A DNA stretch of 64,000 nucleotides, from sequence record NC_023568.1; one strand, given 5' to 3'. This document shows, one piece after another, positions 39,501 through 46,712 of this stretch (its first letter is position 1; each line of letters begins with the position of its first letter). Made by a program: the position numbers and the translations under genes. The notes below the pieces were generated by a model, which saw only the letters and a list, made by a program, of their open reading frames with translations, ran no database searches and was not told where the DNA came from.

Positions 39501-39983
39501 GAAAGTTCTCTCTATTACACCGTCAACCCATAGAGTCACGACGCCATCAGCATATCTCATAACACAGTGATGCCATTTCAAGTGCATATTGGTTGTGCCG
39601 TAGTACGTGTGATATGTTCGTGACGTACCATTACCTGTATTACAACTCAACAAAGCAGAAGTGACACTATCACATTTAAGCGTCAACCCCGGTCCTGTAT
39701 CATCTGAGTGACTATGCAGAGTAACTATACCATTCGCAGTTGAAAGATGATAATTCCCCATTGGTCTGATCCACGCTGCCAACGTGAAATCTTTGTTTAG
39801 ATTAACTTTGCGCTCACTTCGTAAATGGTCAGTAGTATTGTAAACTGTGCGCTCTTGACACATACCCAATTTACCTTGACTATCTACGATTGCACCGCTA
39901 TCGTTATAAACACTCAAGTGGTTTTCATTGCCACTCCAGTCTTTAAGATCTTTATGTAAAGGGTACCATGCAATTAATGACAT
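36525..39983 (-). CDS. LamG / lectin multi-domain receptor-binding protein
   Basis: three LamG-like blocks (FTLAAWI, WHHCV..Y, LWVDG) and an ILEI/GG-lectin-like segment (RRGLNF). Confidence 0.75.
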   Translation of the reverse strand: MSLIAWYPLHKDLKDWSGNENHLSVYNDSGAIVDSQGKLGMCQERTVYNTTDHLRSERKVNLNKDFTLAAWIRPMGNYHLSTANGIVTLHSHSDDTGPGLTLKCDSVTSALLSCNTGNGTSRTYHTYYGTTNMHLKWHHCVMRYADGVVTLWVDGVIERTFSYDMAYQEDYIALFAWSTTYLGASNYRPTCKLNDVRVYDHALSTAEIKELARGLQVHYTFDDIESGFENRIVNSSLLGAVPFDPQVHTNIGWNPDLHEDALIVPGWSSGWNGGSDPDNDRIHAHFKEFQGETVGYANNIDGGWLGITHTTLNNELLDPGLETDPNGSPNDRRIGRKMILSLDVYTEDVGSGIPYWDIGLYRPVIGGNRSFAKRMYVRPTRSKAWERIQVEFEIDAQWDWDSSSSATIYFYGHYGPTGPKYFKNVQLELMTDRANDYKVSNTTGRFINPAQYDLHDASGLNHDAEYIIHPDVEARDYTSVSYSHMSINNTKQPSVYYLFSERDIKPSPVGHTVYWSPGSDAIWYSSNGYDMTQGEPGAWVVDGYVPPEDSFTWMAWINKRNQRARDSVLVSCGDGWNTASGFEIGYGWRDSNYAGVAGEVVSSGGAAGFPGSVNEWSHCALVFDGKTGITKWYVNGVVTKTHSGSPRDIGLGVGYLKVLNTGAFRNSISDGFYGGVADYKIYAKALEQSEIQELMNIKTSIDNKGQLNSSRLVEGWDDSAETEIQIRSSSEAFDDGTATFIDGVKQGSMLSRRGLNFCIFDHGMNLRGFGNLDTYAGTVVSQYYEFDSEVYVSNGDDVTDAQDAHNWVKHAIDKMEDGWLLSIARCDASTAQDGTLDEYFKTYFSADYAPSEIITRGTWSLIAFKNGQKLLEEKEGRRYNEQGERINYTRTSFLRGSFNTPNVNKDGTTYAGVFDEVGNTDSLYAYLDFTDVEPFEDKSLSRTSITQFNNPLIDKGGLYTDGTLAANGGVFIDNSLDVTFSDVNWDTSEFTMTVLCTSLSDTQDAEALIMASRGFHTGIVANNGRYDARISVSETSGDRWYTLAGSPHTMNEMTVISLVKKAKEFRLYVNGSLLDIATLDDDFIEFKSDHDISFGYSSSTSEDFRFNGVTHKGKLHTKALSNIEIEREHKLFLESASFNKNGAVSVIELSES

Positions 39984-39994
39984 ATAAATTCACC

Positions 39995-41533
39995 TTATGA
40001 GAAAATAAAGTCGATTGATTCACTCGTTGAGTTATACACAATCGACGCTGCACCGTCGTCGAATTTCATTTCACTTCGACCATCGTGCTGAACTACGCTA
40101 CCGTTATACGTTATATTGTCTGTATGCGTCGCAGCAGCGTTTGACTTGATTTTTAATATGTTAACACCCGCTTCTAAATTAACCGCTTCTACAGTGCTAC
40201 TAGAGTCGGTATCCGCTGAAATAAACACGCTTGCAGGAGTAACAAGTTCAGTGTCACTACTTAACTTCAGATAGCGACTTGTAGATGAACCGTAGATGAG
40301 ATTTTCATTCATCGTCAGGTTACCAGTCATCGAGTCGCCAGCGGCGTTTACGTACCGACCGTCTAGATTTGTCGTGTAGTTTCCAGTGTGTAGTACAGTA
40401 TTAGAATTGAACTTTAATGCACTTGCACTGTTCTGAGCACCACCATCAATAGTCAACGAGTTTAACCCAGCAATCAAGTTCAAATGACGAGTCGTTTCAT
40501 TGTCGTTTGAGTCAGCTTCAATTGTAATGTCACCAATAGATGACATGTGAATATCAGTACTATTGAAATCTAAGAAGTACTCGCTTGTTCGACGAATACC
40601 AAATCCCACATCAAACAATAAATGCCCAGACATCGTATCACCTGATTTAAGAACACGAGTATTCGCGTTATCATTTGCTGTCTTAGCGGCAGTCGCAGAT
40701 GCATATACAGTCGAGCTTGTTGTGCTAACCGAGTCAGTGATGTTTCTGTTATTTGGGCTGAATACTCGATTACCTCGTTCCCTCAATTCACGTTCAGCGT
40801 CCACATATGAATTTGCACCAACACCAACTGTCAATGCAGTTATCTGACTACTATCTTCGATTTTGAATGCTTTGTCGGTACTTTCACTTGAAAGATATAA
40901 CACCGCCCCAGCACCGATACCGCGAGTCTGAAAGTTCCACGGTCTAGATGAAGGGAAACGAAGTTGTCTAGACCCTTCGTTAGTCTCTGGCGCAGTCAAC
41001 GTATTGAAAACACCCGTCATTGAATCACCAGACGCATTTATAAATCGACCGTCAAGTAAAGACTGATTCCCGGTATGCAGCATAGTTCGATGAGTTGAAC
41101 CATCGTAATATTCCATATTACCGAGATGATCAAACGACCAGTATCTACCTGATTGATCAGATTCAATCATGAATTCGTTGCCATCATTGCCAGATGAAGT
41201 ACCACGATATTTCAAATTCCACGCATATGCATTATTACCTATATAAATCCATGCGTCAGCGCCCCCAAGATTGTCACCTTGACCATCCGAGTAACCACCA
41301 TCAAATCTCATTACTTCGCCGAGTGCATTAACTTTCAATTCACCCGACATTGAATCACCAGCACGCTTAACAACAGATTCGGTTAAATCGGTATGCGGGT
41401 CTGGCTTGTCATGTTCTGTATAAATTTTGTAGCCGTTGTAAAGAACAGTTTCACCTTGTGGGTCAAATCGTAAATTACCTCCGTGCCAAACTAGTTTACC
41501 GCCGATTGCGGTAGTTGATCTTAATTCTGCCAT
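39995..41533 (-). CDS. gp36-like hinge-proximal tail fibre protein
   Basis: N-terminus near-identical to 30494-34693; repeated VxxxGDSM motifs; no chaperone domain. Confidence 0.8.
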   Translation of the reverse strand: MAELRSTTAIGGKLVWHGGNLRFDPQGETVLYNGYKIYTEHDKPDPHTDLTESVVKRAGDSMSGELKVNALGEVMRFDGGYSDGQGDNLGGADAWIYIGNNAYAWNLKYRGTSSGNDGNEFMIESDQSGRYWSFDHLGNMEYYDGSTHRTMLHTGNQSLLDGRFINASGDSMTGVFNTLTAPETNEGSRQLRFPSSRPWNFQTRGIGAGAVLYLSSESTDKAFKIEDSSQITALTVGVGANSYVDAERELRERGNRVFSPNNRNITDSVSTTSSTVYASATAAKTANDNANTRVLKSGDTMSGHLLFDVGFGIRRTSEYFLDFNSTDIHMSSIGDITIEADSNDNETTRHLNLIAGLNSLTIDGGAQNSASALKFNSNTVLHTGNYTTNLDGRYVNAAGDSMTGNLTMNENLIYGSSTSRYLKLSSDTELVTPASVFISADTDSSSTVEAVNLEAGVNILKIKSNAAATHTDNITYNGSVVQHDGRSEMKFDDGAASIVYNSTSESIDFIFS

Positions 41534-41600
41534 TAGCGTTATTCCATGTATGTGAAATTAGAATATATGACAGTATTTAGTATAGCCGTAAAAAAGGGCG

Positions 41601-42125
41601 CTATTTGCGCCCTTTTGTTTTTTGTTTCTTTGCTTTTCGTTTAGCCCGTCTAAGTTCTTTTCGTTTAGCGATTTTATCTGCTCTTCGAACTGCGTCATAA
41701 TCAGCAGCACAAGACGCAGCAAACGCATCAGGTTTGAACACGGGCTCTTGACCAACATATCCCATGATCGTGCCTTTAGCTTCGTTATAGGCAACGTGAG
41801 ATTTGTGTGTAGGGTCAGGGTTGATGTCAACGTGAACTTCAAAGCCTCTAGTACCGCACATTGGCTTAACCATTAGTGCAGTTTCACCCGCTTTGTATAC
41901 TTCATTCATCAATCGACTTCTGATACCATCTTTACATGATAAGTATGCAGGTTCAGTCTCAACTGCTTTAAACACTTGAGCACCTTTACTACCTTCAAGA
42001 TGAATTATGATCACAGTCGCGTAACTAATCATGTCACTTTTACGCTTACTATCACACCCAACGTATATTGTGCTATTTGGATGACTGTTATTGATAGCTG
42101 TTTCTATCGCTTCCCAATCGAACAT
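41601..42125 (-). CDS. RNase H-like YkuK-family protein
   Basis: IYVGCDS, RLMNEV, EVHVDIN, ASCAAD motifs. Confidence 0.75.
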   Translation of the reverse strand: MFDWEAIETAINNSHPNSTIYVGCDSKRKSDMISYATVIIIHLEGSKGAQVFKAVETEPAYLSCKDGIRSRLMNEVYKAGETALMVKPMCGTRGFEVHVDINPDPTHKSHVAYNEAKGTIMGYVGQEPVFKPDAFAASCAADYDAVRRADKIAKRKELRRAKRKAKKQKTKGRK

Positions 42126-42138
42126 TTTCACCTCTTAC

Positions 42139-42164
42139 AAAAAAGGGCAGCACAATGCCGCCCT
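42139..42164 (-). terminator. terminator after the TROVE/vWA gene
   Basis: GGGCGGCA ttg TGCTGCCC + T run on - strand. Confidence 0.8.
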
Positions 42165-42174
42165 TATCACTTAT

Positions 42175-43611
42175 TTAAAAGCTGTAGCGTTCGACGCCTA
42201 CAGTTTTCATCATGATCTTGATTGGCTCAAGCTCACCACCCAACAGTGAAGTCAAGATAGATGGGCTACAACCAGATACCAGTGCAGTACCCGCTTCACC
42301 AGCTTTAACCGGAACGTTGCCAAGACGACCACGAATGTTCCAGAAGACCAGTTGTGGCATTTCATAACCAGCACGTGCGTACATGGCTTTGATTGCATCG
42401 AAGTTCGCAGGTTCACCGCGACCGTACCAGCCACCGCCAGTGTTTGCTTGATCGAATTCCATGTCACTCATGATAAGCAACTTGGTTGGCATATCTTCTT
42501 GTGAAAGATTTGCACGCTTCGCACGCTCTAGCAGAACATCAAAGCACTTACCGATGTTCGTACTCATGTCTTCGCCTGAACGATTCATGTTATCAAGACG
42601 CTCTTTCAATGAGCTACCGCGCAACTGGTGGAAGTGCGGGTCGCTTGAGAACGAAATGAATTGATCTTTGAAGATGCCTTCATTGCGTTCAGCAACATAA
42701 ATCCCAAGAGACATTGCAACTTGCTTACAAGTCACACCTGAATGGTCTGTACCTGCGTTGATTGGCGTGCTCATAGAGCCAGACACGTCAACAACAGGGA
42801 TGATGCGCTCATCAGAACCTTCCATGTAGTTTGGCAGAGCTTTCCATTGCTCGTTCGCTACAGACGCATTACCGTGACTAACGCTCTTAACGACATCGTA
42901 TGGGAACAATGCGCCAGCGTTGATCTTCGCTTCACCTTTTTGAAGTGACTCGATGTAGCTTGTGTAACGAGCTGAAGCGTTACGACCGAATGCTTGTTGA
43001 TAACGAGCAGACGCTACAGAAGGCAATTTACCGAAGTCGATTGCATCCCATTCCTGAGCACACATTTTCTGTTCAACAGTGTCAGACAGAAGAGAAAGAA
43101 TCTTACGCCACTGCTTCGCAGTTACACCAAGAGACTTGATTGTGCGCTTGAATACGTGACCGTTTTTGCTGTTCTCGCGTGGGAACCACTTCGCAGCAAG
43201 ACCGTTCTTGTCGTTTACAATCGCGTTTGACCACATAGTGATCGCGTCTTTTTCTAGACTTGTGCCGAAAGCAGAAATCAAGTCATCGAAACGACCTAGT
43301 TCTGGAATTTTCGACATTACAGCACGAGCTACGTCAGGCTGCTCATTACAAAGTTTAGCGAAAATAGTACGGAAAGTACCACGTTCACCCGCACCACCGC
43401 GAACGTCACGAGACCATAGCAAGATGCGTGTCGCAAGTTCTGGGTTTTCTGCAAACGCACGACCGAACAGTGTTTTAGACTGATCGTTGCCACGCATAGC
43501 AGCAATACCGAAGAACAAGTTTAGACACTCGTTACCTGAAGTGCTGTGAGTAACTGCACCGTTTACTGTGCGTGAATCGTTTGTTTGCATTGCGTTCATA
43601 AATACTGACAT
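42175..43611 (-). CDS. Ro60-like TROVE/vWA protein (DUF2828 type)
   Basis: RDVRGGAGER, AAKWFPRE helical region; MIDAS VVDVSGSM, MSDMEFD, LVFWN. Confidence 0.8.
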   Translation of the reverse strand: MSVFMNAMQTNDSRTVNGAVTHSTSGNECLNLFFGIAAMRGNDQSKTLFGRAFAENPELATRILLWSRDVRGGAGERGTFRTIFAKLCNEQPDVARAVMSKIPELGRFDDLISAFGTSLEKDAITMWSNAIVNDKNGLAAKWFPRENSKNGHVFKRTIKSLGVTAKQWRKILSLLSDTVEQKMCAQEWDAIDFGKLPSVASARYQQAFGRNASARYTSYIESLQKGEAKINAGALFPYDVVKSVSHGNASVANEQWKALPNYMEGSDERIIPVVDVSGSMSTPINAGTDHSGVTCKQVAMSLGIYVAERNEGIFKDQFISFSSDPHFHQLRGSSLKERLDNMNRSGEDMSTNIGKCFDVLLERAKRANLSQEDMPTKLLIMSDMEFDQANTGGGWYGRGEPANFDAIKAMYARAGYEMPQLVFWNIRGRLGNVPVKAGEAGTALVSGCSPSILTSLLGGELEPIKIMMKTVGVERYSF

Positions 43612-43690
43612 TGTTCATTTCCTCATAATTAATTGCTGTAAAATGTCTTTGATGAAGTGATTATACGCGAATTTTAATGCGTGTAAACAC
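43607..43690 (-). promoter_or_regulatory. early promoter plus leader carrying the AG-N8-CAGCA module that pairs with the start codon
   Basis: GTTTAC-17-TATAAT; GACATT (43642-43647) complementary to AATGTC (43607-43612). Confidence 0.75.
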
Positions 43691-43699
43691 TTTTTTCAA

Positions 43700-44011
43700 T
43701 TATCGATAATTACGACTGATATTCGTACCATTTTTGTATATCTCAACAGATACATAACCACCAGATTCATAGCAAGTGCGTAAATTTCGGTAGCCGTACT
43801 GTTCAAAGAATGCACGAATGAAACCAGAACCTTTCTTATCACAATCACTAATGTGAATTGGTACTTTGATTTTAATCGGGAAAAAAGCCCCGTTTTCAAC
43901 TGCATGTGTGAATTCTTTTTCACACTCGCCATTATAATGTTCGCTAAGAACTTTACGAGCTATTTGCTCTCGTTGATTAATTTGTTTTGAAAGTTCGTCA
44001 TGACTAAGCAT
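43700..44011 (-). CDS. hypothetical protein
   Basis: ORF track; FPI.I.V similarity to the neighbouring gene. Confidence 0.65.
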   Translation of the reverse strand: MLSHDELSKQINQREQIARKVLSEHYNGECEKEFTHAVENGAFFPIKIKVPIHISDCDKKGSGFIRAFFEQYGYRNLRTCYESGGYVSVEIYKNGTNISRNYR

Positions 44012-44346
44012 CATTGAAACCCCGCTTGTTTATTTTCTCGAATTGTCAATTTCACAAAAGAATATGAATAGTCTCTCACATCACGAGGGTCGCCAGAATA
44101 ATGACCGAACTGTGCATCGAAATTGTGAAATCCCTCACGTCGCATGACACTCTTGATGAGAGTCATCATTTCATCACAACATTCATTTCGTTCAAGATTA
44201 ACTTGAATCGTAATCGGGAACTGAAATCCCGAAACACCACCGATCTTACGCTCAATTGATTTACGCATTTCAACGACGAACAATTCTTCGCGTTTTGAAC
44301 GATTCTGCTTGACTCGTTGAGTTAAAATATCATATAGATTGCTCAT
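44011..44346 (-). CDS. hypothetical protein
   Basis: AAGGA RBS; ORF track. Confidence 0.7.
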   Translation of the reverse strand: MSNLYDILTQRVKQNRSKREELFVVEMRKSIERKIGGVSGFQFPITIQVNLERNECCDEMMTLIKSVMRREGFHNFDAQFGHYSGDPRDVRDYSYSFVKLTIRENKQAGFQ

Positions 44347-44708
44347 AGATATTCCTTAATTGGTTTTGAAAAATGTCGAATGCATGAACTATCGAGACGC
44401 AGACGACCATCACCGTCAATATCTGGTAGCGTGTACCCATCATTGAATGGTTGACCGCTTTCTTTCGCGAGTTCATAAGCATCAGCGCGATTGAAGTATT
44501 CACCACAATAATTGATGAATCCCTGCCCACGATCACCAAGTTCGCTTCGATGTTCATATGTACAGCCAAGTTCTTTCAATAGCTTAAACACGCCTTGCAT
44601 GTTTCGACCAAAATGGCAGCTATCTGCAACAACAATATCCCTCTCTTCGCCATTTGGTAAAGTGACTCTAATTGCATTTGCAGCAGCAGAAATTACGTTT
44701 AAGTGCAT
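44343..44708 (-). CDS. conserved phage hypothetical protein
   Basis: QGFI...G.YF.R..AY.LA..SGQ motif. Confidence 0.7.
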   Translation of the reverse strand: MHLNVISAAANAIRVTLPNGEERDIVVADSCHFGRNMQGVFKLLKELGCTYEHRSELGDRGQGFINYCGEYFNRADAYELAKESGQPFNDGYTLPDIDGDGRLRLDSSCIRHFSKPIKEYL

Positions 44709-45046
44709 GTATCTTGCCTCATAAAGATAGAACCCACACGTTTATATTGAAGTGTGTTCATCAACATCATAGTCATCTTAGAGTGAGCAACAGGGTTACT
44801 CGTTACTAGAACAACTGTGCGTGGGAAGTTACGATGATCAATTGCATGAGAGAGAATATCATATCCCTCATGACCAAGAGCACCGCCTAGATCATTGTCC
44901 ATGAATAAAGTAATATCTGTAAGATTCGTATGTTTGACGAATTTCATACCGTCTTCATACGTACGCAAAACAAGCTTCTGATCTGCGGAAATTTCAGGCG
45001 CAGTGAACTTATCGATATCACGCATATCATCAATCATTACAAACAT
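44699..45046 (-). CDS. cyclic-phosphate-processing receiver domain protein
   Basis: IDDMR, FMDNDLG, GYDIL, TSNP motifs. Confidence 0.6.
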   Translation of the reverse strand: MFVMIDDMRDIDKFTAPEISADQKLVLRTYEDGMKFVKHTNLTDITLFMDNDLGGALGHEGYDILSHAIDHRNFPRTVVLVTSNPVAHSKMTMMLMNTLQYKRVGSIFMRQDTCT

Positions 45047-45111
45047 AGTAAATTCTCGTTAGTTATTTCCGATAAATACATGATACAGGTTTAACAACAG
45101 GAAGTCAACAC

Positions 45112-45483
45112 ATGAATGACGAAAAAATAAAATCTTTTGAAGAGTACCTAAACGAAGGTTGGTTTGAAAGACAATGGTCTAGATACAAAGCAGGGGCTGA
45201 CTCGCGCAGCATTAAGAAACTAGCCAAGATGCACACTAAATTGTTGCATATCGAACAGAAAGCCAAGCAAAACAAATATCGATATGAAGCAGTGCGATAT
45301 AATTACGAACACATCAAGATGAACGTGTTAGACGCGAAGAGGCTGATCAATAAGCTACGCTATAAGAAAGGTATTAGTGATGAACTAAGAATGGCAATGG
45401 ACAAGTTAGATGTCGAGCTAGATAGGCTGAATGATTTTGCAGTTGAAGGTTTACATGAGCTAATGATTCAACATAAGCTATAA
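45112..45483 (+). CDS. late protein with capsid-targeting-like N-terminus (internal-protein-like)
   Basis: GATAAATA at 45071; KSFEEYLNE. Confidence 0.6.
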   Translation: MNDEKIKSFEEYLNEGWFERQWSRYKAGADSRSIKKLAKMHTKLLHIEQKAKQNKYRYEAVRYNYEHIKMNVLDAKRLINKLRYKKGISDELRMAMDKLDVELDRLNDFAVEGLHELMIQHKL

Positions 45484-45487
45484 AAAT

Positions 45488-45513
45488 AAAAGCCCCAATT
45501 AAGGGGCTTTTTT
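45488..45513. terminator. terminator between convergent genes
   Basis: AGCCCC aattaa GGGGCT + T run. Confidence 0.85.
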
Positions 45514-45514
45514 G

Positions 45515-45727
45515 TTAGTGTGAATGGCGTAACTTTTTTTCGATCATTCGATCTACAATCGTGGAGTACATAAGATGTTCTTTATAATATTTCTCATCAA
45601 CTCGGTTACATTGAAAGTCTCGAAAATCTTTGCGCAGACGTGCAATAAATTTATTAAGCGTTTTGCGTACTTTGCAAACTTCAGACAATTCCATGCTTTT
45701 TAGTGTTTCTTCAGAAAGTATTTCCAT
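45515..45727 (-). CDS. hypothetical protein
   Basis: GAGGTG RBS. Confidence 0.7.
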   Translation of the reverse strand: MEILSEETLKSMELSEVCKVRKTLNKFIARLRKDFRDFQCNRVDEKYYKEHLMYSTIVDRMIEKKLRHSH

Positions 45728-45755
45728 GATTGCTCACCTCTTAGTTAATAGAATA

Positions 45756-45801
45756 CGGGAGACACAGGAATCGAACCTATTGCCTTGACCACATATCTCC
45801 C
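45756..45801 (-). ncRNA. anticodon-less mini-tRNA
   Basis: GGGAGAT/GTCTCCC acceptor, TGT-GGTCAAG-GCA D-like arm, ATAGG-TTCGATT-CCTGT T arm; no encoded CCA. Confidence 0.7.
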
Positions 45802-45825
45802 ACTGAGAAGTTACGCCAATTCAGA

Positions 45826-46053
45826 TTAATGCGCTATGCTTTGTAAACGGCGCATACGCTCACGCTGCGATAACTCATCGAGATTGGGTTTATCAATCTC
45901 TTCGTCTTTCTCTGCGGCTTCTGCTTCCTTTTTAATCTTTTCAGCATTGGGACCAATGTTCTTCCAAAGAGGTGCGTTGCGCCAATTTTCATTATGCCCG
46001 TTACCCGAACCACGCCCTTCACGAGCATGAGACTTTTGGTGAATGTTCTTCAT
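45826..46053 (-). CDS. hypothetical charged protein
   Basis: TAATG coupling to upstream gene. Confidence 0.65.
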   Translation of the reverse strand: MKNIHQKSHAREGRGSGNGHNENWRNAPLWKNIGPNAEKIKKEAEAAEKDEEIDKPNLDELSQRERMRRLQSIAH

Positions 46054-46259
46054 TATTCGTTAGATTTCTTTGTTACTTGAGTTGCAAGACCTACCGCAGC
46101 AGCACCAGCGGCTACTTTAGCGCCTGTTTTCGCAGCTTTACCCGCTTTCTTTGCACCAGACTTGACACGATCTTTTACTGAACGTTTCTTTTTCTTTTTA
46201 TCTTCTGGCTGTTGTTCTTGTAGTTCAGACATGAACTTATCGAATGTTTTATCACTCAT
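46053..46259 (-). CDS. basic Lys/Ala-rich internal-protein-like peptide
   Basis: KTFDKFMSE N-terminus; CTAAATA upstream; GGAG RBS. Confidence 0.6.
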   Translation of the reverse strand: MSDKTFDKFMSELQEQQPEDKKKKKRSVKDRVKSGAKKAGKAAKTGAKVAAGAAAVGLATQVTKKSNE

Positions 46260-46364
46260 GACATTTCTCCAATTGATTTGAGTTCATCTGTATTTAGAAG
46301 ATATTTCACATCATTCACTCTATGATGATAAATACGTAAAGTAAACAATAAAAGAGAATCGACA

Positions 46365-46703
46365 ATGGCATTCACTAAGATCGAACTCCCTGCAAAGAGA
46401 AGCAGAAGAAGCATTTATATACCTGCGGGTCAGTACTATGCAGATCTAGACATGACACATCCACAGCAGCGTGATGGGAATTATTTTTCAGTTCTTGCAA
46501 CGTTTGGGGATGTGCAGATTGCATTCGGCGGGAGGTGGTATGACAAGAAAAACCCACAAGACCCCGATGACCCATTGCCTTTATTCCCAGAAGATTTCAT
46601 TTTAGTTTCGTATAATGGACATTATGAAGCACAAGGCAATTTATTCAACACGAGCACTAGAATTTGGTTTAGTTCGATTTCTGGTTGCACACTACTATAT
46701 TAA
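46365..46703 (+). CDS. late hypothetical protein
   Basis: GATAAATA at 46327; GAG RBS. Confidence 0.7.
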   Translation: MAFTKIELPAKRSRRSIYIPAGQYYADLDMTHPQQRDGNYFSVLATFGDVQIAFGGRWYDKKNPQDPDDPLPLFPEDFILVSYNGHYEAQGNLFNTSTRIWFSSISGCTLLY

Positions 46704-46712
46704 GGACACAAA

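Noticed and set aside
30494-41533. Diversity-generating retroelement or invertible shufflon for fibre variation
   Set aside because: No reverse transcriptase or invertase, no adenine-specific template/variable repeat pair, and all fibre genes lie on one strand
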